DNA from: Arcobacteraceae bacterium
Lineage (GTDB): Bacteria; Campylobacterota; Campylobacteria; Campylobacterales; Arcobacteraceae
Length of the DNA stretch: 64,000 bases
Direction: 5' to 3'
NCBI GenBank assembly: GCA_963662945.1
Contig: OY759974.1
Coordinates: 2,112,001 to 2,176,000 of the forward strand
Part shown: piece after piece, positions 18,070-26,933 of the stretch
How positions within the stretch are numbered: the first letter of the stretch is position 1
How the letters are laid out: each line of letters starts with the position of its first letter
Made by a program: the position numbers and the translations under genes
Notes under the pieces: model-generated
The model's input: the letters and a program-made list of their open reading frames with translations, nothing else
What the model was told of the DNA's origin: nothing
Databases searched by the model: none

Positions 18070-19384
18070 CTGTTACATCTTCAACTGATAATTTGATACC
18101 ATTTGCACCAGCAATATCTACCATTTTATCACCTAATTTTCGTAATTCATTTTTTAGTTTTACGATTACTTTAGCTTGTGGATCAGTTGGATGAATCTGA
18201 TAATCAAAATGTCTACTTGTTTGAGCAATTGCATTGATTGATTCAATTTTAGATTCAATTTGACCTAAAAGTTCTAGTATCTCTTTTTTAGCTTCAACAG
18301 ACAAAGCATCTATAGGAGCTGTTCCATAATCTACACCTTTATATGTTCCCATAAGAAGATTTTTAAATCCTTGATAGTTTGTAGCAATATCTCTATGAGT
18401 ATTATCACTAAAACAACTATGCTCATCCTCTTCACTAGGAGTTAAAACAGCAACTGCAATTCTTTCATTTGCTAGTTCTGATTTTATAAATACACCCATC
18501 CCTGCAAAAATTTGTTTTAAGGCTTCATTTTGAGCAATGTTTTTTGAACTATCACTATTTATTCCTAATATTGCAGCTCTATAGTTTGTCATATCTCCTG
18601 TTTTCCAAGCATCTGAAATGATTGTTAAATCATCAACAATTTTTTGAGCACTAGCTTTTAGGTAAGCTAATCTTCTCTGTGCATTTTTATCTGTAGTAAA
18701 GTCACTTAAAGGTCGCTGACCTGCAGTTAAAGCACCTTTTGTAATTGAATCTTTTACAAAGTTACTATAATCTTGATCTTGTCCCCAAAGTAAAAATTCA
18801 ACAGCATGGTATCCTGTAGCTACATTTGCTTCCCCACCATTTTCATTAAGTGCTGTTATTGCATCAACTGTGATATTTGTCACATCTACACTTGAACTTC
18901 CTTCACCACCTGGGTTGAATTTACCTTTTGTATCTATGATATTTCCTGATGTTTTAGCACCTTTTGCATCAATAGTATAATCAATCATATTTTCATCCAA
19001 TGGCCAAGCATTGATTTGTCCCTCTAGTGCACCATAAGTTTCTGCTACCCAACCTTCTTCTGCATCAATAGGACCATTAGAAAGTCTAAAAGCTTCAGTT
19101 AAACCATAAGATTCTCTAGAGATTAACCAAGCGGCTTTTGCTTCCACTAAAGTATCTTCTGTTGGATTTGCTGTGAATTTATCAATAGCTATTTGTAAAA
19201 GTTTTGCATCATTTAAGGCATCTTTATAGTTGTCTTTAGCAATATTTGCATAAGTTTCTAACAGTGATGGTTCATTTTGTATTTTGGCAGTTGATGGATT
19301 ATTTCCAGTACAACCACTTAAAGCTAAAATAGCAGCAAAGCTTAGTCCTGTAATCATTGTTTTTGTTGTTTTTATCATCATCAT
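18047..19384 (-). CDS. Imelysin / IrpA-like iron-regulated lipoprotein
   Basis: Lipobox LSGC, INAWPLDE, ATGYHAVEFLLWGQD (GxHxxE), EDEHSCFSDNT; three tandem ATGs make the exact start uncertain. Confidence 0.9.
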   Translation of the reverse strand: MMMIKTTKTMITGLSFAAILALSGCTGNNPSTAKIQNEPSLLETYANIAKDNYKDALNDAKLLQIAIDKFTANPTEDTLVEAKAAWLISRESYGLTEAFRLSNGPIDAEEGWVAETYGALEGQINAWPLDENMIDYTIDAKGAKTSGNIIDTKGKFNPGGEGSSSVDVTNITVDAITALNENGGEANVATGYHAVEFLLWGQDQDYSNFVKDSITKGALTAGQRPLSDFTTDKNAQRRLAYLKASAQKIVDDLTIISDAWKTGDMTNYRAAILGINSDSSKNIAQNEALKQIFAGMGVFIKSELANERIAVAVLTPSEEDEHSCFSDNTHRDIATNYQGFKNLLMGTYKGVDYGTAPIDALSVEAKKEILELLGQIESKIESINAIAQTSRHFDYQIHPTDPQAKVIVKLKNELRKLGDKMVDIAGANGIKLSVEDVTDAEETKI

Positions 19385-19389
19385 TCCTT

Positions 19390-19884
19390 TTATTTTGAGA
19401 CTAAAAAGCCAATTTCTTTATCAATTATATGTAAACCGCGACCCTCTAAACCTACAATATCCATCTTGTCAAGGATACCTTTGAATAGCGCTTCTTCTTC
19501 ATGTTGTTCACTTAAATACCATTGAAGAAAGTTAAATGTTGCATAATCTTTTTGTTCTAAAGTTAATTCAACTAATTCATTGATTCTACTTGTAATAAAA
19601 AGTTCATGTTTATATGTTTTTTCAAATACATCTTTAATATCTTTAAAAACAGTATCAGGAGCATCAATACCTGAAATAACCGCTTGTGAACCTGTTTCGT
19701 TGATATAATTGAATAACTTATACATATGTCCTAATTCTTCTTTTGAATGATCTGCTAGAAATTTTGCAGCACCATCTAGACCTTGTGCTTTACACCAAGA
19801 TGACATCGAAAGATATAAGTTTGAAGAGAAATGCTCCAAATTTATTTGATGATTTAATTTATCTAATACCTCTTTTTTTAACAT
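19390..19884 (-). CDS. ftnA: Non-haem ferritin
   Basis: QINLEHFSSNLYLSM, EELGH, HELFIT, FLQWYLSEQHEEE ferroxidase residues. Confidence 0.93.
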   Translation of the reverse strand: MLKKEVLDKLNHQINLEHFSSNLYLSMSSWCKAQGLDGAAKFLADHSKEELGHMYKLFNYINETGSQAVISGIDAPDTVFKDIKDVFEKTYKHELFITSRINELVELTLEQKDYATFNFLQWYLSEQHEEEALFKGILDKMDIVGLEGRGLHIIDKEIGFLVSK

Positions 19885-19912
19885 TGGATTTTCCTTTATT
19901 TATGTTATAATA

Positions 19913-19979
19913 AAGTTCAATATTTTATTGAACACCACAAGTTAAAGATGTGTAGTTTGGCGGCTTACATCTTTAACTT
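19913..19979. repeat. Two-hairpin element, copy A (upstream of ferritin)
   Basis: GTTCAATA-TTT-TATTGAAC, then a 13-bp stem with loop GTAGTTTGGCGGCTT; homologous to 21137..21200. Confidence 0.85.
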
Positions 19980-19987
19980 TTTTTATT

Positions 19988-21097
19988 TTAGAAACTGTAA
20001 ACTAACTGTGCACTATAATAAGTACTATCATCGTTTGCAACATGAGCATCAATATCAGCAAATATTAAACTCACTGTAAAATTTTTATATAATTCTTTAT
20101 CAATTGTAAAGTTAAACTCTTTTTCTGTTTCGTCTACAGTTCCATTTTTATAGTCTGTTGAACCATAAATTGCTCCAAAATCAAATCCTGCTACACTATA
20201 GTTTGCACCTATATAGTAAGTATCAGCATCAGTTCCATAAACTTGATTTCCACTATCTAATGGATTGATATTTTCACCTAAAGCCTCAAGAGTACCAATT
20301 CCTCCATCTTTATCTGTAGTGATATATCCTGCATTGACACCAAATGTATCGTTTGCGTAACTTAAATCTACAGCAGCAATATTACCATCTACAGTTCCTG
20401 CAACATCTTCATCTGTTGTAGTGTATTTAGCAATAGCACCAAAACCATTCATATTAAAATCAATTTTCCCACCAACTGCACTAAATGTATCTTTAGCATC
20501 CATATAGTATGCACCTAATGCTAAATTATCATTGATTGTATAAGTTGCATCTATTACATAAGCACCATCACCATTTGTACCAATATCAGAAAACTTGTAA
20601 AGTGCTTCATCATTTGCACTTGCACTTACTTTATCAGTATAACCTACGATTAAAGTAGTATTTGGAATTGCAGTTATAACTCCAACAGCAGCTTCATGGT
20701 AGTCCGATATCCATTCTAAATCAATCTCTTGTCTACCAAGTGTAAGTGAAAACACATCATTTGCATATCCTACATTTGCAATATTTAACAATGCTTTTGG
20801 AACATCTCTACCATCTTCATAATCACCATTTTCTTTTTCATCAAGTTCAGTACTTGACATAAATCCAACAGCTGCTTTAAATCCATTAAGTGTATCTGTT
20901 TCATAGTTTATGTTGATATGTCCTAGACTATATCCACTGTCAGGTGTAGTTCCACCATTGTCGTTACTTACAGTATACGCTGAAATTTCTCCACTTGTTT
21001 TTCCATTTTTAAATGCATCTTCTAAAGTATTGCTATCAGCTACTAAATTACTTGTAAGTAATGCTGCTGTTAATATGCTTAAGTTGATTTTTTTCAT
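19988..21097 (-). CDS. Outer-membrane porin (Campylobacterota Opr/MOMP-like)
   Basis: Signal peptide, LEDAFKNGKTSG, LGRQEIDLEW, C-terminal LVYSF; acidic. Confidence 0.85.
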   Translation of the reverse strand: MKKINLSILTAALLTSNLVADSNTLEDAFKNGKTSGEISAYTVSNDNGGTTPDSGYSLGHININYETDTLNGFKAAVGFMSSTELDEKENGDYEDGRDVPKALLNIANVGYANDVFSLTLGRQEIDLEWISDYHEAAVGVITAIPNTTLIVGYTDKVSASANDEALYKFSDIGTNGDGAYVIDATYTINDNLALGAYYMDAKDTFSAVGGKIDFNMNGFGAIAKYTTTDEDVAGTVDGNIAAVDLSYANDTFGVNAGYITTDKDGGIGTLEALGENINPLDSGNQVYGTDADTYYIGANYSVAGFDFGAIYGSTDYKNGTVDETEKEFNFTIDKELYKNFTVSLIFADIDAHVANDDSTYYSAQLVYSF

Positions 21098-21136
21098 TTG
21101 ATTCTCTTTCCTTTTATATCAATTCATCGATTTTGT

Positions 21137-21200
21137 AAGTTCAATATTTTATTGAACGCCATTATTAAAGATATGTAATTTGACGGCTGTATCTTTAATG
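21137..21200. repeat. Two-hairpin element, copy B (upstream of porin)
   Basis: 21 nt identical to copy A, then stem ATTAAAGATAT/GTATCTTTAAT with loop GTAATTTGACGGCT. Confidence 0.85.
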
Positions 21201-21221
21201 TGTGAAATTTCCCTTTTTGAT

Positions 21222-21311
21222 TTAATTAGTAAGGTGTTTATGTCTATAATGAATTCCATTTACCTTTGAATTTTTTTTAAGAAAATTAAAAAACTGTCGT
21301 AAAAAGTTCAT
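21222..21311 (-). CDS. Putative 29-aa leader peptide MNFLRQFFNFLKKNSKVNGIHYRHKHLTN
   Basis: Manual translation; strong SD AAAGGAG 9 nt upstream of ATG; below the ORF-track cutoff. Confidence 0.55.
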   Translation of the reverse strand: MNFLRQFFNFLKKNSKVNGIHYRHKHLTN

Positions 21312-21418
21312 AACAATTAACTCCTTTCTAATTAAATTAAACAATGAAATTATAATTATATTAATATTCATTATCAATATGAAATCTTATTATAAATATT
21401 CTTAATTATTTCTTATAT

Positions 21419-21433
21419 TGATAGTTATTATCA
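21419..21433. promoter_or_regulatory. Fur box between the porin operon and the CDF gene
   Basis: TGATAGTTATTATCA (7-1-7); partial second site TAATATTCATTATCA at 21362-21376. Confidence 0.65.
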
Positions 21434-21549
21434 GTATTATTAAAATATTTATATCAATTTAAGTTAGAAATATATACTATACCTAGAATTTAGACTTATT
21501 GGAATACTAGTAGCATATAGTATTTTATATAATAACAGAGGAAAATATA

Positions 21550-22509
21550 ATGGAAAGTTGTAATTTTGGTTTAAATGAACATAAACCTTTTTTCAAAGAA
21601 GAGATGCACCATCACCATCATCATGAACATCACCATGGAGAACATACACATCATCACGAACATTCACACGATCATAGAGGTACAGACAAAAAAGTATTGA
21701 AAATTGCATTAACTATAACTTTTATTACAATGCTTGCTGAGTTTTTTTATGGTTTTTTATCACATTCTTTAGCACTGATTTCTGATGCTATACATATGTT
21801 TACACACTCATTTGCACTTATTATTTCACTTGTTGCAATTATTATTGCAAGTAAAGAAGCACCATTAGAGAAAACATTTGGATATTATAGAGCAGAAGTT
21901 CTTGCTGCATTTATAAATGGAATCACTATTATACTTTCGATTGTATGGATTTTATATGAAGCAGTTGATAGGTTTTTAAATCCACAAACCATAGATATAA
22001 AAACTGCAATGATTGTGGCTGTCATAGGACTTGTAGTAAATATTATTACAGGTGTTATTTTGATGCAAGGGGATAAAGATAATATCAATCTTAAATCTGC
22101 ATTTGTTCATATGTTAAGTGATGCTTTATCTTCAGTTGCGATTATTATTGGATATATTGTTATATCTTTTACAAATTGGTATTTTATAGATGTTATATTA
22201 GCTGTATTGGTTGCTTTTGTTATTGGAAGATGGGCTGTTGATGTTTTAAAACATTCTATCAATACTTTAATGGAAAGTTCCCCTATAGATATAGAAGAGG
22301 TAAAACAGTATATTGAGCAACATAAAGAGGTAATCGAGTTACACGATGTACATATTTGGGAGATAACACAAGATATGTATAATATGACAGCACATGTGAA
22401 GATTGAAAAAAGTTCTTTAGAAAATTATGAAGAGCTTTTAAAACAGTTAAACAATCAATTACAAGAGAAGTTTAAAATTGTACATACTACCTTTCAGTTT
22501 GAATGGTAG
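21550..22509 (+). CDS. CDF (CzcD/ZitB-like) metal transporter with His-rich N-terminus
   Basis: SLALISDAIHMFTH, TFGYYRAE, SAFVHMLSD, LHDVHIWEI. Confidence 0.92.
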   Translation: MESCNFGLNEHKPFFKEEMHHHHHHEHHHGEHTHHHEHSHDHRGTDKKVLKIALTITFITMLAEFFYGFLSHSLALISDAIHMFTHSFALIISLVAIIIASKEAPLEKTFGYYRAEVLAAFINGITIILSIVWILYEAVDRFLNPQTIDIKTAMIVAVIGLVVNIITGVILMQGDKDNINLKSAFVHMLSDALSSVAIIIGYIVISFTNWYFIDVILAVLVAFVIGRWAVDVLKHSINTLMESSPIDIEEVKQYIEQHKEVIELHDVHIWEITQDMYNMTAHVKIEKSSLENYEELLKQLNNQLQEKFKIVHTTFQFEW

Positions 22510-22519
22510 TATACTATTT

Positions 22520-22984
22520 TTATAATGATTTGTTTTGACAATTTTTACATATGCCATACAACATCATAGTATGGCTTTGAAGTAAAAAACCATTTTCTAT
22601 TGCCACGAGTTCTTGTATTTTTTCAACTTCAGCATCATAAAACTCAACAATTTTTCCACACTCCACACATACCATATGGTCATGATGAGAGGTCAGTGTT
22701 AATTCATAAACTTTACTTTCAAAACCATCTATGGATATCCCTGTGACCGTATTAAGTTCTTCAAGTAAATTTAGAATTCTATAAACAGTTGCAATTCCAA
22801 TATTTATATTATAAGTACTTTTGACTCTTTTTGCCACATCTTCAGCACTAATATGTTTATCACAATCAAATAATATTTTTAATACATATTCTCTTTGATT
22901 TGAATTATTTAATCCTAATGATTTAATAGTTCTTCTAAATTTTAATATATATTCATCATAAGATACTGTTAAATTTTTTTTCAT
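22520..22984 (-). CDS. Fur-family transcriptional regulator (paralogue 1)
   Basis: IGIATVYRIL, HHDHMVCVECG, LYGICKNC; start reassigned to ATG 22984 (SD AAGGT). Confidence 0.9.
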   Translation of the reverse strand: MKKNLTVSYDEYILKFRRTIKSLGLNNSNQREYVLKILFDCDKHISAEDVAKRVKSTYNINIGIATVYRILNLLEELNTVTGISIDGFESKVYELTLTSHHDHMVCVECGKIVEFYDAEVEKIQELVAIENGFLLQSHTMMLYGICKNCQNKSL

Positions 22985-23030
22985 ATTGAAACCTTTAATA
23001 ATCATTCTAAAGTAAGTCAATTATCAATTG

Positions 23031-23098
23031 TGATAATTAATATCAAAATATTAACAGAGAGTAACTTTATTTAATCTTAATACTGATAATAGTTATCA
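23031..23098. promoter_or_regulatory. Two Fur boxes upstream of Fur paralogue 1
   Basis: TGATAATTAATATCA 23031-23045; TGATAATAGTTATCA 23084-23098. Confidence 0.65.
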
Positions 23099-23134
23099 AA
23101 AATATTAATATATTTAATGTAAGTGCTTTTGAAA

Positions 23135-25291
23135 TTAAAAAATAACTTTCATATTAAATGTAAAACTTCGTGGAGAACCTACATAATAATTTGTAGTGTC
23201 TTCTAAGATATCCGCACTTCCTACACTTGCAACATATTTTTCATTGAAAATATTTAATAACGATAGTTGTAATGAGAGTTCTTTTGCAAAATTTAATTTC
23301 TTATATGTATATCCATACGACAAATCAAAAGTTACATAATCATCTATTTTTTCTTTATTTTCAATATCAGCATATCTCTCCCCTATGTATCTTCCATTGA
23401 GTGAAAATAGATGATTATCTATTTTGTAAGTTGTTCCTGCTTTTAAAGTGAATTTAGGAGTCTCAGCTACTTCATTTCCTTTGAGGTTATATTGAGTTCC
23501 TGAGTAATCTATATTACTCTTTACTTCACTAAATGTTAGTGCTGGATTGATAAAAAACCATAGATTAGGTGTAGGTTCAATACTGCTTTGTATTTGAGTT
23601 CCGTACACTACTGCTTTACCTATGTTTTGAAGATAATCGATACCAACAGTAGGGTCATATGCCGAACTTAATAAATCATCATGGATATTGTAAAATAAAC
23701 TTAAAGTCGCTTCCCCTTTTTCAAAATATTTTCTGATTCCTACATCAATAAGATCAGAAGTTTCCATATCCCAAGACTCGACAACTGATTGGAGAGTTTT
23801 CCCTTGTGCAAGTAGCTTTGTTCTTAATCCATTTTTGTTAGCAGCATATTGTGCAGCAAAAGAGTATCTATATGGTCTTTGATATCCTTTCCCCCATTTT
23901 GCAAAAAACTCTGTAGCTTCATCAATCTCATATCTAGCCCCAATAGTTGGAAGTAAAAGATTATATTTCATTTCATCTACACTTCCTCCAGGTGCAATTG
24001 TTCCTCGACTAATTGCAATATCATAATCTGATTCTAAATTATTTCCTAGATATGTATCGTTTGCAGCTTCTTTATAGTAAAGATATCGAAGACCAGCTTC
24101 GATTTTTAGTTTCTTGAAATTTTTACTAGCTGAGATATATGGAGAAATAAGATCTGTAGCTCCATGGTTTTTATTAAGCCATTTCCAACCTTGATGAACT
24201 CTAGCAGGTGTAGTAGAAACCTTTCGCACATATTTTTCAAGCCAACTACGTTCTAACCATATACCACTTTCCATGCTAAAACTGTTAAAATCATACTTTG
24301 AATCCAATTGAAATCCAACGCGTTTTGCATCTACTTGTCCATATCCATCCCCTTCATCACTTTTTTCATCATACCCTGAACCGTAAATTTTTAAAAGAGA
24401 ATCTGTTCCAAAAAGTTTTTGTTTAAGTGACAATTGAAGATCATCATAACTTGAATCTGTTTTCCAATAATCATAATAGTCAATTGCATTTGGATTATTA
24501 GATTGGTAATCTTTGTTGTAGTTTGCATTAAGATTTAAAATTTCATTATAGGTAAGTCCCATAAAATTATGTTTTTTTTGTTCATTGTGAGAGTAAAATA
24601 TTTCTATTGGGAAAGTTTCATTACCTGTATTTACCCCAATAGCTAAATTTCTTTTTTCTCCTAAATCACCTTTGCCTTTCCATTTTTTTGCATTTGCTTG
24701 ACTCATTGAGATAAAAGCTTTGGAATAATCATCTATTTTTCCAGTATCAGCCCGTAAAAATAGTTTGTAAAAATCATCTTCACCCATACTTAGTGAAAGT
24801 TCCCCTTGTGTTACATCAGAGGGTCTTTTAAAAATAAGATTTATGAGTCCAGCTTTACTTCCTACACCACTTCCAGAACTTGGATTTAAAGCACCATTAT
24901 AGTGTTCAATAGTTTCTAGATTTTCTAGATCATAAATCCCTTGTCTTGGGCCTATGGGACGAATAGAATAGTTTGGAACCCCCTCTAAACTTATTGCCAT
25001 AAAGTTGTCATCTACTCCACGACTTCTTGCACTAGTTTCACCTAATCCGTATGGATCTTGAGTCTCTACTATAAATCCAGGTTCAATATCAAGGGTTTTA
25101 TAGATAGAAGATTTTGCTTTATTAGAATAAAGATCAATACCATTACTTTTAATCTCATTTTTTTCTCTTAAAGGATTACTATCTTGTGTTGTAGGATTTT
25201 CTGGTTGGTATCCAATAACTGTTATAGGGGCAAGATCTACAGCAAAAAGTGCAGTGCTTGTAAAGATCAATGTAAAAATTTGCTTTTGCAT
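23135..25291 (-). CDS. TonB-dependent receptor
   Basis: Signal peptide, TonB-box-like PITVIG, plug region, C-terminal LLNIFNEKY...GSPRSFTFNMKVIF. Confidence 0.9.
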   Translation of the reverse strand: MQKQIFTLIFTSTALFAVDLAPITVIGYQPENPTTQDSNPLREKNEIKSNGIDLYSNKAKSSIYKTLDIEPGFIVETQDPYGLGETSARSRGVDDNFMAISLEGVPNYSIRPIGPRQGIYDLENLETIEHYNGALNPSSGSGVGSKAGLINLIFKRPSDVTQGELSLSMGEDDFYKLFLRADTGKIDDYSKAFISMSQANAKKWKGKGDLGEKRNLAIGVNTGNETFPIEIFYSHNEQKKHNFMGLTYNEILNLNANYNKDYQSNNPNAIDYYDYWKTDSSYDDLQLSLKQKLFGTDSLLKIYGSGYDEKSDEGDGYGQVDAKRVGFQLDSKYDFNSFSMESGIWLERSWLEKYVRKVSTTPARVHQGWKWLNKNHGATDLISPYISASKNFKKLKIEAGLRYLYYKEAANDTYLGNNLESDYDIAISRGTIAPGGSVDEMKYNLLLPTIGARYEIDEATEFFAKWGKGYQRPYRYSFAAQYAANKNGLRTKLLAQGKTLQSVVESWDMETSDLIDVGIRKYFEKGEATLSLFYNIHDDLLSSAYDPTVGIDYLQNIGKAVVYGTQIQSSIEPTPNLWFFINPALTFSEVKSNIDYSGTQYNLKGNEVAETPKFTLKAGTTYKIDNHLFSLNGRYIGERYADIENKEKIDDYVTFDLSYGYTYKKLNFAKELSLQLSLLNIFNEKYVASVGSADILEDTTNYYVGSPRSFTFNMKVIF

Positions 25292-25364
25292 TATACATCC
25301 TTAGGATTTGATTTTTTGACAGAATATCAATTCTCTTTTAATTAAAGTATAAAAATATCGTTTC

Positions 25365-26138
25365 TTATATACTTTTAGGACTATTATTTTTCAAATGGTA
25401 AATATAACAAGGATTTTGAAAGACATCTTCAAGCTTATTTTGCTTAATAATTTCAGGAGAAAAGTTTTCTAAATAGGTGCTTGCAATGTGGGTAAAACCA
25501 ATATTATCAAGCCACAAAGGATAAACTCCTGCTGAAAAACCAGCAAGTATCACCATCTTTGCTTTTTTTGTAAATTGTAAAAGTGCATCAACTGTTGACC
25601 CAATAAGAGCAGCTCCTGTAATAACAACAATTGAAGCTTCACTTACTGCCTCATATTCAAAGATATCATTATAAACTTTGTTTTGTGAATCTGTTTTTGT
25701 TCTACAAAAAACAGTTACATCATATTTATTTTCTTTCAATTTATTAACAACAGGGGATAAATGTCCTATAAAAACTATCTTGTCAAGTTCATTACTATTT
25801 TTCATAATAAGTTTTGTAAGTTCTTCTCTAAGATTTTCTCTAAGTTCTAGTTTTTCTTTTGAAAGCGTATATTGTCCAATCGCATTAATAGTAGCAAGGG
25901 TTACAGCTCTTAAAGAGATATCATAGGTTTTTGATTGCAATATCTCTTTTATGGAAGAACATTGAATAGTTTCAAGTTGACCTTCCCCTTTAGGGGTAAG
26001 TGCTACTCCTGTAAAAATCTTTTTTTTATCACTAACTCTTACATAGGTAAGAAGATCACATATCTCAAAATCTATGAATTCTAAGTTATTTTCTTTTGCG
26101 CAGTTAAGGGCTTTATTTTTTAAATCGTCTAATATCAT
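25365..26138 (-). CDS. Rossmann-like (DUF364-type) protein
   Basis: LATINA, KIVFIGHLSP, VVITGAALIGST; context. Confidence 0.6.
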   Translation of the reverse strand: MILDDLKNKALNCAKENNLEFIDFEICDLLTYVRVSDKKKIFTGVALTPKGEGQLETIQCSSIKEILQSKTYDISLRAVTLATINAIGQYTLSKEKLELRENLREELTKLIMKNSNELDKIVFIGHLSPVVNKLKENKYDVTVFCRTKTDSQNKVYNDIFEYEAVSEASIVVITGAALIGSTVDALLQFTKKAKMVILAGFSAGVYPLWLDNIGFTHIASTYLENFSPEIIKQNKLEDVFQNPCYIYHLKNNSPKSI

Positions 26139-26932
26139 GGGTGTTCCTTATGTGAATGTATTTGTTCAACAGATTCTTGGTGAATATGTCTAAAAAAAGT
26201 AAATGGATGACCATCTTTCCAAAAAATCTCACAGTTAATACCGTATAAATTATTGATCATCTTTTCATCTACACTTAAACTTGTCTGAAACTCTTGAATT
26301 GTTTTATTATTTATCATTACAATGTTATCTCCATAATGAAGGGCATTTTGAAGATCATGGAGTACTACAAAAGTAATAAGATTATTTTGTTTTGTCTTTT
26401 GTTTGATAATCTCTAAAATCTCAATTTGATTTTTTGGATCAAGGTGGGAAATTGGTTCATCTAAAAGTAATACTTTTGGTTCTTGTATTAAAGTAGCTGC
26501 CAAAAATATTTTTTGTTTTTCCCCTCCACTTAGGGTATCTATATTTCTATGTAAAAACTTTTTTAAATCAAACTCATCAATATATTTATCAATGATTATA
26601 TAATCTTCACGTTGTAAAAGTATGCCACTATATTTTCTACGAGATAGCTCTAAAATATCTATAACACTTAAAGATGTTCCTGTGTTAAATTGTCCCATAT
26701 ATGCTATTTTACGCGATAGTGTTTCTATTGGAAGATTTGAGATATTTTCCTTATCAAGATATATCTCACCCTTACAATTCAAAATTTTAACGATAGATTT
26801 TAAAAGGGTACTTTTCCCTGCACCATTTCGACCTAAAATAATATTTAGCTCACCACTTTTGACCTCTAAATTAATATTTTGAAGTAATATTTGATTGTTA
26901 ATTGAAGTTGAAAGATTTTTTATAACGAACAT
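26135..26932 (-). CDS. Iron-chelate/cobalamin-type ABC transporter ATPase
   Basis: GRNGAGKST, LSGGEKQ, LLLDEP, VLHD; start reassigned to ATG 26932; His-rich tail. Confidence 0.9.
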   Translation of the reverse strand: MFVIKNLSTSINNQILLQNINLEVKSGELNIILGRNGAGKSTLLKSIVKILNCKGEIYLDKENISNLPIETLSRKIAYMGQFNTGTSLSVIDILELSRRKYSGILLQREDYIIIDKYIDEFDLKKFLHRNIDTLSGGEKQKIFLAATLIQEPKVLLLDEPISHLDPKNQIEILEIIKQKTKQNNLITFVVLHDLQNALHYGDNIVMINNKTIQEFQTSLSVDEKMINNLYGINCEIFWKDGHPFTFFRHIHQESVEQIHSHKEHP

Positions 26933-26933
26933 A

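Noticed and set aside
19913-21200. Repeat pair as a CRISPR array or IS ends flanking the porin
   Set aside because: Only two direct copies 1.2 kb apart; no spacers, cas genes, transposase or target-site duplication
21604-21675. CAT/CAC-rich quasi-repeat (also near 12255-12335 and 36890-36975)
   Set aside because: Explained by His-rich metal-binding segments of the encoded proteins
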